The notes beneath the pieces are model-generated. The model had not been told where the DNA came from, did no database searches, and saw only the letters and a list, made by a program, of their open reading frames with translations. This document shows, piece after piece, positions 40,436 through 55,401 of a stretch of 64,000 nucleotides of DNA (positions are counted from its first letter, which is position 1; every line of letters begins with the position of its first letter). The DNA is taken from contig MU053559.1 in assembly GCA_013239625.1 (NCBI GenBank), forward strand, positions 2,710,324 through 2,774,323. Direction: 5' to 3'. Origin of the DNA: Lama guanicoe (Eukaryota). Position numbers and translations under genes: made by a program.

Positions 40436-41908
40436 ATTTAAAAGCCTAGAATTTTCAAAATGCCATCTGGAAAAGTTAAGCTATTGAGCATCATGAAGGA
40501 AATAGGGCAGGAGCACACATACAGAAACAACAGCAACTTTCATTGTCTTTAAACAAGTGAACTACTACAAATATGCCGTTAAAGCTTCAACAAAAAAATG
40601 TTACAGAACGCCTTAACGTCTAGTTAAAATTAAACAGCCAGTATTCAAATTCTCAGCAAGTATTTATATAATACATTGAGTTCTTACGATCTTAATTAAA
40701 CGAAACAAATGATTTATACATTCTACATTAGTAAGTTAAATAATAAAAGACGAGAACATTTCACAGATTCCAAAAGTGCTTTCTAAAAGGAAGTATGTAT
40801 CATCGTGCCTTTACTTATTCCTTTTGCCTTAATATCTTAGCATTAAAAAAAAAACAATAAAATTCCTGCACCTATAAAGGGTATAAAATCAAATCAGATA
40901 CCTGGAAATGAAGTAATTTCTAGAGAAGAGTAAAGTTAAAAACAAAATAAAGTGAAAATGCTATTTCACTCAGAAGTTTCATGTCAGGTATAATAGTTGA
41001 GGGGAGACAAGCTGAATGAACTGGTGAATGGGGGGGCAATCTGGAGAAAACTGCATCGTCAGTTTGTATAGAAGAAAATTCTGTTAAAAGATGACAAATA
41101 AAACCAGCCTCTTCCTACCTTCCTCAATGCTTCCAGCCAACCCTATGAGAGGCGTTTTATCATTTTTATAGCCTCTTCTATTTCATTTGTCTATCCATTC
41201 AAGAAACACGAAGCAGCTGGTAAAATGGCAAGCTACCACATAAGTCTCATTTGAGTTCAACCCATTTCTTTTGAATCATCTCTGTAATTCTCATCTTCCT
41301 AACCCTTTCATATTATCCCCCTCAATCAGCACTTATCATCTTCAAATATCAAACTATAAGGGGACTTATGCTGGTATTCCAGCCAATTATCCACAGGTTC
41401 CCATTTAAAAAGCCACCCTCTTTACTCCACCTTTAAAAATCCAAAAAAGTTCTAATGTTGACATATTTCAGGTAAACTTACGTAAATATTAGGGAGAATT
41501 TTTATATAATCTTCATTAAATTAAGCAGACGCATTTGCATTAACTGATTGAAGAATGTGCATGTTATTACATCTTATTTTGCATTCATTAGCTTCCTATG
41601 AAGGAAATAATTTTAATAGTCTGCCAGGATATGAAAATTAGAGGCATTATATAAAACTATTTGTCAAAATTAGTGTACTTTTATTGAGGTAATGATAGTA
41701 TACTGTCTCAAATATGTAACAAATGTAAGCAATTATTAGTATCATTAAAAAGTAATGAAATAAAATTCTAAATTAATTATATAGAGGTACATCGGCAACT
41801 AATCCCACCTGGGGAGATATTATGTAAAGCAGGGAAGAAAAACAACAAAATATCATGTAGAAATGTCATCCTGGAATGGACTCTGGTTCAGATAATATTA
41901 AACTAATT

Positions 41909-42179
41909 GGGATGAGGTGGGGGTGGAGGGGGAGATAAATTAGGAGTTTGGGATTAGCAGATACACATTACTTATATATAAAATAGATAAACAACAAGGT
42001 CCTACGTTTAGCATAGGGAACTATATTCAATATCTTGTAATAACCTATAATGAAAAAGAATATATATATGACTGAATCACTATGCTGTACACCAGAAACT
42101 AATACAACATTGTAAATCAACTATACTTCTATAAAGTAAAATAAAATAAAATACAAATCATAGTAAAAAAAATTTTTTA
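41909..42179 (+). mobile_element. Artiodactyl-type L1 3' end with TSD
   Basis: GATAAATTAGGAGTTTGGGATTAGCAGATACAC...TGTACACCAGAAACTAATACAACATTGTAAATCAACTATACTTC; TSD AATATTAAACTA(A/G)TT at 41894-41908 and 42180-42194. Confidence 0.87.
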
Positions 42180-42459
42180 AATATTAAACTAGTTAGTAAA
42201 TTAAGAATTGGTATCTCCACCACTCAGCTAAACACATGAAATCTTAATTGGCCAATTGAATGGAAAAATAACACTATATGATTGAAAAGTAAGCTGGGCA
42301 TTAACTTCACATTTCTGAGGATGGGCAGAGTGATAAAAATTGGAGTCTTAAATTCTAGGAAAGAAAAATGGATTTCACAAACAATGTCTATACTGGCCCT
42401 GAATTAGAGGAGTTTTAGATATGGTAGATAAACTGAGAACGAAAAAAGAAGGGCTGAAA

Positions 42460-42655
42460 ACATTCATTTTTCAGATACTTTCATATATACATTATTCAAT
42501 CTTTCTAACAATCTTATGGAGTGGGTCCAGTTATTCTAGTTCTACAGGCACAAAGAGGATCAGAAAAGTTGGGCATCTTGCCCAAGGTCACATAGTTTCA
42601 TGGCAGGGTCAAATTTTAAAACCAAATTTGCTTGCTCTGAGAGCTGTCTATATAG
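42460..42655 (-). mobile_element. MIR SINE
   Basis: CTTGCCCAAGGTCACATAG core in antisense orientation. Confidence 0.65.
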
Positions 42656-44787
42656 TACCAAAACAGAATGAATCTGTTTCAGAAATACATTTTGGGAGAA
42701 AAGTTCTTATAAAACAGGAGGCCCTGGGATGCATTTCATGTGTGGGTGAAAAGAAGGAACTTATCATGAAAGTAAACTGTATTTTATTTAAATATTTTAC
42801 CATCTAAAACATACTATATACGCTATACCCCTCTATCCCAGAGGGAAAGGAGGTAGAGAAGGGTTGATCTGTAATGGACAGATTGTATGTACCACCCACA
42901 CACTAAAATACTCTTTTTACCCACCCTTCAATCTTCTACTAGATCAAAATAGCATACTTAGGAAATTGAGCCCTGCTCAAAAACTGGGCATAACTAGTCT
43001 AAGAGTAACTACATCTTTGATGAGGAATTAATAAGGATGGCCATGTGACCTACTTCTGGTCAATGAGATGCAAAGTGAAATATTCCTGAAGGAATCAAGA
43101 GGAAGTCAGGCTCTTTCTCCTCTTAGAAATGATAAATCGGGCATTTGCTGAGCATTCAGTATATGCCAGCACTATACTAAGCACCTATACCACAACTCTG
43201 TAACACCTTTCTACATGAGATATGAAAAAGAAATCATCTCACTTTGATTGCACCTGGCAACCAGTCTTAAGAATAAGCCAACACAGAACAGAGAAGAAAA
43301 TGAATCCTTAATGAAATCTTAGATCAGTGTAATCAACCAATCCTGAAGACTGGACTTTACATTACATAAACTACTTTTTCACTGTTATTTTAACCAGCCT
43401 GACTTGGAGTTTCTGAAGTTGCTGTCCAAAGCATCTATACCAATACACTGTGCCAGAAAATAGCTTCATGTAGTGGAAGTCATCAGAGGCTCCTCATCTA
43501 TCCATATGAAGCTAAAATACTAGTCAGTCCACTTTAGGAAAACTGGAGGCCACCTAAGAGGAGAGGGGCATACTATTTCTTATGATTCCTACTTTCACTT
43601 ACACTAAACGCTAAGCACCTACAGTAGTATGACTGAACTCTACCTCCTCTTCGACTAAAAATGTTGATGCCTAAAATTCTACTGAAAATAGACAAGGAAA
43701 ACTGGAGAGAGAAGCCCTAAATTAAACCCAGTATTGAGATAAAAATCAAATGAAACCTTATTATGGGGAAGAGAAATAGCAAGGACTCCTGAAGTTCTTT
43801 TCTATGTTCACTGAAATGAAACAAACATCAGAATGACATCGAGTATTTTAAATAAATGGAAGAAAGGCCCCAAGCAATAAGACGGCACTTACTTAAGGCA
43901 GTTTTGCTAAAATCGCTATGACTTGAAGGTTTGTTAGCCTTTACCTGTGCCTGAGCAAATGAAAGCTGTATACAGGAAGGTTTCTGTTGAACATGAGTGA
44001 GCAAAAACACTTTTGAAATAGCCATGGAACAATGACCAACACTGTTTCCCCTGGTTAAAGGAGATTTTAAATATTGCCACCTTCATGGAAACAGAGGTTT
44101 GCATCCATAGAATTGTTTAAGGTACCACTGTACTGATACTTAGAAATAGTCACATTCCATAATTTGGGACATATCTGATTACTTTTTCCTACTCAAATAT
44201 ATTTCCTGAGCAATGTTTACCAAACTGCTACCAAAAACACTTCTGCAGCATGTAACAGGCATATTGTGACAATTCTATAAAATGCTCAAATAAGTTTATT
44301 TTGTATTATAAGACATTTTAAGAGTCTTGTTAGCTAGTATACACTGCAAATGTCCAAGAGGAGGCCAAAATATGCAAAGTGGCATATTTGAACTTACTTT
44401 CCATTTCAAATCCACTCACATGCTGTCGTATAGTTTGAGAAATGCTGCTCTAAGCTTGAGAAAAACTGATAATTTCTAGGCATCCCTTATTCTCCACATA
44501 CTTACATTTGCCCTGGGGTCTATTCCTGAAACTGCACTTACCTTTGACAACTGTGTGATCTAAATACTTCACAATCTATTTATTTTAGTGTTTTGAGTTG
44601 TGCATCTCTTTCATACCATCAGCATTGTTCTTTATAAACACATGAAAGGTAGAAACACTATTTGCAAAACTGTCTATTTTAAAACTCTAGAACAATTAGG
44701 CACTCCTGAATATAGTTTTTTAAAAATTTTTTCAGTAGTTCCTTTCTAGTGAATTCAAATTACAACCTACTGTAAGGTCATTCTTTA

Positions 44788-44791
<4 letters not shown>

Positions 44792-44821
<30 letters not shown>
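44792..44821. repeat. (TC)15 microsatellite
   Basis: Read directly from the sequence. Confidence 0.97.
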
Positions 44822-44823
<2 letters not shown>

Positions 44824-45040
44824 GACCCTTCAGAATGAAGACAATCTGCAGTGGAGATATTCAGAACATGGCAACCATTCTAAATAGTTAAAAATTCACG
44901 AAAATTGAAGCTTTTCTGGAACTTCTGATCCTTTCAAAAAGCAATACTTTTGTCATGCAGGGAAGTACTATTTTCATGAAAAGCCCAATAAGACCTAAAA
45001 GGATGGCAGAAATAGCAAAAGCAACCATATGAAAAACTTG

Positions 45041-45164
45041 AGAAATAGTAAATTCCATAGAAAGATAATATTTAATCAACAATGTATTACTTTGCCCAAC
45101 AGAGAAATATTAAATTCCATAGAAAGGAAAATATTTAATCAACAATGTATTACTTTGCCCAACA
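45041..45164. repeat. Tandem duplication of a ~62-bp unit (2 copies)
   Basis: AGAAATA(G/T)TAAATTCCATAGAAAG..AATATTTAATCAACAATGTATTACTTTGCCCAACA occurs twice, at 45041 and 45103. Confidence 0.93.
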
Positions 45165-45634
45165 ATGTTTATACTCATAAACCAGCAGCTCAAATGACTT
45201 GCAAAGAACAGATTACTTTATAATTTAAGGTATGAGATGTGCTCTGCTGATAGAGGTGGACAGATTTCTAGTGAGACCCATACAAATAAATGGTCAGTGA
45301 TGGGGTCACAGATACAACATTATTAAGCAGCTGCTTCTGACCTCTACTGTTGCCAGTCACTAATAGTGGAGTGATTCAGATGTCCAAACTGAGATTAAAA
45401 CCTTCTCCCTTTCCTGATGATAAACCTCAATTAAAACTTAAAAAAAAAAGCTTAATGATCTAATTAGTTACCTATGTCTTAGCATCACAACTACTTTATA
45501 CTCTGAAACTCAGCCTTATGTCTCTTATATATCTTCCAGTTCACAGCTGATAAATAGTCCTTTCATATAAATTTTCAAATTTTCTTTTGAAGTACCAATA
45601 TAAATTCCAACATTTCTCAATGTTCTACCATTTA

Positions 45635-45859
<225 letters not shown>

Positions 45860-48800
45860 TTAACTTTTTTTAACACTTACATGAATTTTTTAACACTTAG
45901 ATGAATTTTTGCTTCATAGCACAGTAAAACTTCTGTTTCATGCAACACTGTTTTAAAGGAAATACTAGTTTTATAAAAAAAAATGATGTGAATGAATCAC
46001 TCTTGGAAAAAAGAAAAGACTGGAAGGGGCACCTAGGTCTTTTACGCAATTGAATGTGAATACTTAATATGAAAGGGGAACATGAAGATCAGTTGGATTT
46101 ATTCACAATCATTCAAATAATATTTTATGGCTTAATGAAATTCCCAGTGTAAATAACTGATTTTACTGTTTCTGAAATTGCCTAGGGGAGGGAGAGGAGG
46201 GGCAGATAAGACAGTTCTGTATTTGAGGAAGGAGGGATGTACTCTGTTTTTGGTCTACTCCATAAAATTAAGTCTTCTTTTTTTAAACTTTATATTTGTA
46301 TCTTTCATATTTAGGTTTACAATCCATCTGCATCTTATTTTCTGTATGATGTGAGGTACGAGTCAGTTTTCTTTTTTTTTCTATACAGATATTCAGTAGC
46401 CCCCAACATCATCTGTAGAAAAGACCATCCTTCTACTTCACCCTAAATCCACCATAACCATCAAGACTCACTAACCAAACTCACATCAGCTATTTTTTAC
46501 TTAGTGTTAACCAGCAGTTAGGTCCACTCCATAATCAAATCATTTTATTCTCTACCTATTGGTGTGCTATCTCCAGTTTTTCCAAGGAGTCTATTCCTTG
46601 AAGTCTGCATTCCTCTTTTATTTTTAAATATTCTAGATATTACAGGGAAACTGGACTGCTTGTTGAGAGGGTAGAAAGGGACGCGCCTTAGATTTTTTAC
46701 TGATCAGTTCTCCTCATCTAACAAAATATATCTAAGTTCATTTTTATTTTCTTTTGTAAACTTTTACCCATCTTTCTCTTCTGTGTGTTTCTTCAGTTCT
46801 TCCTACTTGGAGGGTAGGGGAAGAAAAGGAAAAAAGGACGTGTTTCTATGTTAGGAGGGGGAGAGTATGTGGAGAAAACAGGTACCACTCAGACTATATT
46901 CTCATTTTGGTCATCATTTTACTGCATTCATATCTCACCAAACCACATGCAGCAAGAACATGATCTCTGCAGCACAAGCTAGACTCAAACACTCACACAC
47001 AAATTCTGTTGGCGTCAGTATTCTGATTGACAGACAATTTTAGAACCTAAGAAATAGCTACCTAAAGCTATAAAAGATATAAAGATACATAGTTTTCAAA
47101 TACTAGAGCACAGTCTACTGAAACAAACAAAAAGAAGTACATACTGCTGTGCATCAGTAGCCTTGCATTTTCTTCTTAAAAATCTAAAAAATGTAGTTTT
47201 CATGTCACCAAAAGTATGGCTATAGACTTTGTTTAAAGTTTTTTGGCATTTACTGTTTGCCACTGTTAACAATTTTTAAAAGGAAAAAAAAAACTGACTA
47301 AACCTTCAATAGTACTACCTGCAAAAAAACACACACACGCTGAATGTATTTTGAAACAATGGGGGTTTTTAATAAGATTTCCAGGAAGTCGTTAAAAACG
47401 GCCTCCTTTAGAACTTTACCAAACCATGGTAAAAATAATGATATTAATCAATCAAACATCCTAGCACAGTTTTAGTACATTTGAAAAGAGATGTACTAAA
47501 ACTTTAAGTTCTCTGAAGTTAGTAAAGCTGAGTCCAGCGATTTCCCTCAGGGATATCTTAAGGGATAAAGGAACTAATTCCACAAATTTTTATACTAATA
47601 AAAAGGAGAATATTCTAGCTCCAAATCAGTAATAACATATACATACAACAGACACACACCCCCGACCACACACACGAAACCCCATATAAATTTAGAGGTT
47701 CCTGCAAAATGAGACAACCAGTAAAGTCTGATGAAGTAGTCAGAGACAAGCAGGGTAAGATTTTTAAAGGTGAAGATGGAAGGAGAAGGCAGACCAAACA
47801 GACTAAATGGCAAGAATCAAGTTACATAGGTAAAAAAATGCCCAAGACATTTTCAGGGAAATGTTAATACAGTGTGACTGACACAAAGAATATACTTGAC
47901 GGGGAATAAGGCTGGAAGGATCATCTGAGGTTGAAACAGAGAAGACCTTAAATGTGAGACTAAGTTAGAAATAACATACACTAAGTTATTCACATTGATA
48001 TCTGCTAATATATTAATTACCTCCTGGATCTTTTGCCCTCTCTAGTCAGTCTTCATTTCATCACTGCAGACAGTGGGATGCTTTTTCCTCTCCCCTATTG
48101 TAAAATTATTGCTTTTATCCGTAATTTCCCAGAAGCTGGTTTACTAGTCCAAGCCGTTCCAAATTCTCTCTGGCAATCCATGTGTCACTGGTAAGCATAA
48201 CTTTACCAGAAGTGCCTTAGTCATCCTCTAGCTTTTTTCAAAACAGAAGCGTACAGAATAAACTCAACACATGCTAACATGAACTACCTTATGTTAATGG
48301 AAATACACTTGAAACTTCGATCCAAGAGCATTAGTTTGCATTATGATAGCTCAAAAAATATATATTAAATATTAAGTTTCTGTCAGACTCCACGCCAGAC
48401 AAGCCTCAGTCTTAACAGTGGTATCACAACTATATTAGGTTTACATTTGCATCGAAAGCAGTGACTATACAGAAGAGTAGAGATTCCTACACCCTAAGAA
48501 CATCTATGATTGGTACAATGATAGGGAAATGAATCCTAGACAAGCTTCACTTGTAATGTGTCAACATTTCTGTCTTTCTGAATGCACCTTCATCCCACTC
48601 CCCTAATCCTTTCTGATGTCAACATAATAATCACTCTATTTCTTTACCAGGTCTATCAATTAGATTTGGGAAGCTAATTTCCAAAACTGTATGCCTTTAG
48701 CACAGAATTATGTAGCTCTTAGATTTGCCAGCATAAAACCATACTGATACTGGTCAATGGGAACACAAAAGGTTACAGGCTAGAGAGAAAAGAATGACAA

Positions 48801-51800
48801 GGATTTTTCAGGGGGATACATGTACAAACACGGCTACAAGTTGTAATCATTTATTACTGTATGTACTTCAATTTCTTTCACCCAAGAAATAGGTTTCTTA
48901 CTATAAAGGCAAGTTCAGTGCAAGGTACCCTTAGCAATTTGCCACCTTCATGAAGAAGAACAGGTGAAAGCATGGGCACGCTCTCATGCACATGTAAAGG
49001 AACGGCTTTAAAGATACTGGTTCTATCAAGCTCTACGCTGCGTGCATTTTATTTTGTGCTTCTATGTTTTCCTCCTTCTGGACCTTTTCTTAAAGTCTGG
49101 TCTCAGATGACTGTGTTTGATAATACTAAAACCGAATAATTAAGGTAAATCCAATGAGGATATAACAGTTGCTCCACTACTTTCTGACATTGGCTCCTCT
49201 AAGAAGAGGCTGCAACTGAAATTGGAAAAACTAACCAAATAACTGATCTAGAAGCTAGCCAATAAAATCAACTCCAAAAGAAAAAAATGGGTGGCATAAT
49301 ATGGCAAGAAACAAGACAAACAGATTAACAGATAAAACTATACTTAATAAAATTGCTCTTAATTAAGTCACCATCACCAACACACATGTTGCCTGCACAA
49401 TTATCAAATATTTAATCTAATTAAATGTCAACAGACACCATTTCCAAATATCAATTTTACTTAAATTATAAATGTACCAGAGTTAGAACATTCTGAGACA
49501 TCCTAGGCAGATTCTTGGAGCTGACAATACAAGAAAAAGGCATACCATATTCTTCTCTAGACAATTTTCAACAAATTCCAAAGAACTTTTTGTGTGTTGG
49601 GGGGTGGGGGGCCACTGTTCCCAGAAATTAATAGCTACCAATAAATAAAACCAAATAAAACACAGTATAGTTTTAACCTAAGGAATTTCCTATCAGTTAA
49701 GGTTCTACCCTAAAACTCAGCAAGCAACTACTCTGTTTTCTAATTTTGTGGCTGTTCAAGAAATAGCAAGGTAAGTTAAAGGAAAAGTTGCGGCACAGTG
49801 TTTATGAAAGAACCACTTGACCAGCAAGAGAGAAAACACACTTCCGGTACTGATTAAGACAGGGTGTAATATATCATTTTAGGAAGCAAAGCACCCAGAG
49901 TTGAAACCTAAAGACATGAGAAAATGGTGATGATCAGAATAGGATCAACAGAACAGAGGGAACTTACTAATTCAGACACTGCATAATTCTTGTATCATTT
50001 CAGTTTCATTTCTTAAGTCAACTGAAGGATACAGAAATCATATGTAGACAAGAATCAAAAGATATAATTTTCTGTAGCTATAAGCCCTTTAACTTGACAT
50101 AGTCCCAGACTTATTAATGCAATCCAACTTTAGACTAATGATGGCTTTACCTCATTACTGATTTTATGCTTTTATCTTCAACCTACAGGGAGCTCACAAG
50201 TTAGGCAGGTGAAAACTGGCTAGTGTGAGGTACACAAGCCCATTCCTAAACTGTGGATTTCCTTGCCTTGTGTTTCACATAAATCATTTCTAGCTGGCCA
50301 TAAATATTATACCAATGTGCCCAGGAGAACACTTTAATAAATACTGATTAAAAAATGACCACCTATCAATCTGCAAACTTGGGGACAGAGAACAATAGCT
50401 AAAATAATTAGACTGGGGGAAAAAAATTAGACTGGGGAATCTGAGCATAAGCTTGTTTCTGCCACCAATTAAACAGTTTACATAATACTGAGTTAAACAC
50501 ACATACACACCCCTTGCTTTCTTCATCTATAAATTAAGGGAGAAAAACTAAGTTATCTCTAAGACCACTTCTAGTTCTAAAAGTTTAGAACTGTGAATTC
50601 TATGAATAAGATCTTCAAAAATCTAAGAGACTTTCAAATGCTCCTAATCTCTTGATTTTACATAAGATATACTGGACATGAAGTTAGGAAGCTTACACTT
50701 AGGATTGTTCTACAACAATGGGTAATTTAAAAGAAAAATACTACAAAGCTTATCTACAAAGATCAATTATAGCTTCGTAAAGTTTATAAAGAAAATGAGT
50801 GACCTGGGTGATGAGAATACTTTACACACACACAGGTGTTCTCTAAAAATGCGGTGCTTTCACAGATGATCAAAAACCAAGAGGAGTATCTGGGAAACGT
50901 CATTCATGTCTAAAATTTCATTTTCAGGAAAATCTTATCAAATCTTTGCCACTGCATATTTAAAAGCTCTGTAATAAATATTCAGGGTGCCCAACAGGTA
51001 TATGATAAGGTTAGAACCTACGGCCAAAACCTTCCTTTGGATTCTCTCAGTACTCACTCAGCTTAAAATTATGGAGAACAGAAGGGACTCTGACAAAGCC
51101 AAATACATTTCAAATAAAAAATGTCTACACAGGGCTTTACAGTTTACAGAATGCGTGTCATCTCATTTGATCGCCAAAACTCTGTAAAGTAGAAAAGGTA
51201 GGTAACTGCAATGTACCTAAAACACACACACACACATACGAAGAAACAGACCTAGGAAGTTTATTTAACTCAAGATCAAACTAAGTGGCAGTGCTGAGAC
51301 CAGAATACCAATCTTTCAACTCAAATTCTATGTTCTTTCCAATAGAGAATGCTGCTGTCTTGTCTGGTAAACAGAAAAACAATGGGGCAAAGGCCACCGT
51401 AACAGGGACCTATACTCTACAGTTCACAAAATCTTATATATTTCTCTTATATTTAATGTCTGATTCTGAAGGTGGTATCATTACTCCCATTTTATACAGG
51501 AGAGAATTGAGAATTTATAATATAGTGTTTAGTTACTAGAAATTGGAAAGTACTAGCAAGTGTGTGTGGGGGTGTGTATGTGTGGGTGTGCTGGTGAAGA
51601 GGGGAGGGAAGGCACAGCCAATATGTCTAGAAGTCTGAAAAGGAAATACTGGCCATCACAGATCATTTACCCACAGACTTTGAGAATAGAGAGCATAGTC
51701 ATTCCCCAGTTGAAATAACCTGAGGACCACCAGTCAATAATAAGTGACTAAGAAATTCCAAAAGCTTTCTCATCGAAGTCGTCTTTAATCAGAATCTTAT

Positions 51801-52022
51801 ATCAGATTCTTTTAGGAACACATACAACTCTAATAATCGCAACTGAGGCAGTATCACTGAAGGAATAAACTAATAATTTCAAGAGATTACTGAAAAATGT
51901 AGGCTTAGTGACATTAAAATATTTTCTATTATACACACACACACAAACAAAAAAAAATACACACAAACAAAATAAGCCATTTACTGGAAACAACTGGAGT
52001 TACTAGTTTTATGTCAACTTAC

Positions 52023-52081
52023 CACTGAAATGCATTGTAATGGAAGTAGACCAAACCAAGACCATATAAAAAGGCAGCATT
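52023..52081 (-). CDS. KDM6A: KDM6A exon 5 (59 nt), [19 protein letters not shown](W), TPR
   Basis: Acceptor TTTACAG|AATGCT, donor CAGTG|GTAAGT; peptide matches UTX. Confidence 0.96.
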
Positions 52082-52804
52082 CTGTAAAGAAAGGGAAAAA
52101 AGACTATTAGGAAAAGCACTTATACCTAATACATATGATGCTATTAATATAAAATATGGTATACAAGATATTTTAAGTTATTAAAACCCTTTCCTGTATC
52201 ACAATGTATTTATAATATATTTTTAAACACCAAAATAACAGCAATGAGTCAGCAGATGGCACAGAATCCAATCAACCTAGACAGATTTTGTGATTTCTTT
52301 TTCATCAGACCTGCCGTGAAATAATCTGTGAGCAGAATTCTACAGGCAAATCTAAAATAAAAACGTATTTTTCAGGAATAAGAAAATGCTTGGGCTATGC
52401 TATCCTATTCTCTCTTGCTTATATCTCTCTATTCTTTCTTTGGTTCTTTCTGTTTCTTGAACTGGACTTAATTTTATGTTCAGTGTTGCCAAGAAGGTAG
52501 TTAGAATTCAAAGTAAATGCACAACACAAACCTAGAACAAGTTTTAATATTAAAAAATATATATGCTAAAATGACACGCAGACATTTATATTTTGGGCCA
52601 CAAACATCAGTGATTCCTTCTGCAATACAAAACAGAGGTGCTTATCCAGACTCATTGTGACCTCCCACCCCCATATAGGAAACTAGCTATCTACTCCCTT
52701 TTTTTCAAAAAGAGCAAACATTTGAGTGCCTGCTATGTGTTCTCCAAACCTATATTCTAAAACGTGAAAAATTTTAAAGTCATAACACAATGTTTCTTAC
52801 CATA

Positions 52805-53110
52805 CTATTTTGGGCTGTATTTCCCTAGAAGCACACCCTGAGACAAAAGGTTTTAGTGTAAGTGGTTTATTTGGTAAGTTACCCTAGGAAACACCAGTAA
52901 GGGAGTGGAGAAGTGAGGCAGGAAAGGGAAGGAAGCCAGTGAAGCGTGCAGTACAGCTGACTGTACAACTGGGGGCAACTGGGACTCAAATCCTGCTGGG
53001 AATTTCTAAGAGACAGTGAAGAATATCCCTCACCTCAGAGTCACTTTGCCCTAGGTGTGACGGAAATAGATAAAAGAGTATTTATCCCACAACTGCTATC
53101 ATTCAATGAT
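52805..53110. mobile_element. Ancient ERVL-type LTR fragment
   Basis: TTCCCTAGAAGCACACCCTGAGACAAAAGG...GTTTATTTGG...GGGAGTGGAGAAGTGAGGCAGGAAAGGGAAGGAAGCCA; subfamily not resolved. Confidence 0.55.
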
Positions 53111-53605
53111 TGAAGAAAAAAAAAGAATCAGTGATGTTTAAAGCCCAAAGTGTAATAAATAGCTGGGTGACCTTTTGGCATGCAACTATTTTTTTCATAC
53201 TAATATGAAGGGCTATATTATGCATTTCCTTTGAATTCTAAGTATCCTTTTGGAATCACTGAAAATGTTCCTTGAGTACATCTTAAAGTACAATAAATAT
53301 GAAATTTAACTTCATTAAATCCTCATTAGCCCCAATTTTCTGAATGAGAAAATTAAATGCAATAGGGGTATTCACAAATGTGGGGATTCACAAAGATCTC
53401 AGACAACATCCATTTCAAAAGTTCATACTTAAATTTTTCAGAATTTAGTTTTGGTCTGGCTTCAATTGGGATGATTCATTTACCACCTCACCACACTCCC
53501 GAAATAAGCCAAACTTGTACTAGGTGTCAAGGACAATACTCAAGGTTGAACAAGCCAAACTGATTAAAATATACTTCCCCTGTTCTCAAGAAGTATACAA
53601 TCTAC

Positions 53606-53652
53606 TGTATGTGTGTGTGTGTGTGTGTGTGTGCGCGCAAGCGCACGCACGC
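53606..53652. repeat. (TG)n(CG)n alternating purine-pyrimidine microsatellite
   Basis: Read directly from the sequence. Confidence 0.93.
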
Positions 53653-55180
53653 TGGAAGGGAGAGGTATTCAGAGTACAGGAGTAGTTAATTCACAGTCAT
53701 GATATATTCTACCCAAGAAAGTCTAAGTTTGAAACACAACTGTCTCCTTAGGTGGGGGAGATGGAAGAGAGATGAAGAGAGCATAACTGAGTAACAGTAG
53801 ATAGCATCTTTCACCAAATGAGGTAACTGCTCAGAGAAGGTGGGGTGGGGTGGAAATATGAGTTTATTGAGGGACCTTTCTGCTTTTAGTCCATATCCTG
53901 CATTCTCTCAACTTCTTCACGGTTCATCATTCCCCCTCTAAGAAATGTTATCCCTATCCCCGCCACTTTATAAATTTTATCAAACCATCTAGATCCATTT
54001 AAAATGCCATCTTCCCCATGAAGCTTTGCTGCTTCTCCCACCTCAACCCAGAGGTAATCTTTCCAACTTCTCAATTTGGCCTTAACATAATGTTTCTAGG
54101 AAGTGACATTATGATATAGTAGTAAGAACCTAATTTTATGCAAAACACTAACATCATTTTCTTTAAAAGGTTCTAACAACTCTAGGAGGTGATAAAGAAT
54201 GTAAAGAATGAAGAAACTGAGGAACAGAGAGATTAAGCAACTTGCTCAACAAGAGAGATACTAAGTAGCAGATATAGGAACTGAATCTAGGTCTGCCTCC
54301 GGAGTTCACTTTTAAGTACTATATTTTTGTTATTTGTGTATTGACTAAACTCCACCCCATCAGACAAAAATGCAACAAAGGCAGGAGTGCTAATTATCTC
54401 TGTATACCCTGCTATCACCTAGCACGCACAATGCATTCCACATAGCAGATTCCCAAAGTCTTAATAAATTGAATCATCCAGTACTTAAACTCAGTATTAA
54501 GCTTAGTTCCCTGGGTGATACAGAATCAGTATGAGGGATGGTCCCTATTAACCAGTAGGTTATAAATCTCAGCTAGGAGGTAAGTCTCATTTTTCCCTAA
54601 CAGTTAACAATGTAATTTAAACATTTATTGAGCACTTACTATGAGTCATAGCAGAGTTATCAGCACTGGGAAAACAGTGATGAACAAAACAAACAAAAAT
54701 CCCCAACCTCAATGAATTTACAATCTAATGACAAGCGATTATGAAATTAAATGCATAATAATACATTCCAAGCTACAAACATTTAAGTGTTAATGAAGTA
54801 TAATAAGGACTAGGAAAAGAGGTAGAACTTCGGTAACATGTCTTAAGGAGAAGGAAAAACAAGCCATCTCAGCCAGGGGTTCTAATCCACACATCTTTCA
54901 AAACAGTGACCTGGAGGTGCGAATGGCTATATGATAAAGATGTGTTACCTCCCAATGTACTATCTCACCAAAAATGCCAATAGCAACCCCACTGAAAAAC
55001 ATGCATCTATGTAAAAGGATGACCATGACCAGAGCAAAGGCACTGATACGGAAATGAGTATAAATGCGATACAGTCATTCTTCAACCTACAATGAGGAGT
55101 TAGGGCAGTAACTTTCTGGGAAATGTACCATTAATAAAACATACTTCTGCTTCAATACAAATCCTTAGAGGTATCTATAC

Positions 55181-55401
55181 CAGGTGTCAGCAAACTATGG
55201 CACATGGGCCAAATCCAGCCGGCCACTTGCTTTTATAAATAAAGTTGCATAGAAACATAGCTACACCCACTCATTTATTTATTGTCTATAAGCTGCTTCC
55301 AGCTCCAACAATAGAGCTGAGTATTTGCAACAGGAGACTATTTGGTTTTCAAAATCTAAAATATTTACTGTGTCCCTTTAACAAAAGTCTGCCAACCTCT
55401 G
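55181..55401 (+). mobile_element. MER58A-like hAT-Charlie MITE
   Basis: Terminal inverted repeats CAGGTGTCAGCAAAC / GTCTGCCAACCTCTG; internal GGGCCAAATCCAGCC; degenerate 8-bp TSD ATCTATAC / ACCTAGAC. Confidence 0.88.

Noticed and set aside
45041..45164. CRISPR-like or other repeat-spacer array
   Set aside because: Only two adjacent copies with no spacers, in a mammalian intron.
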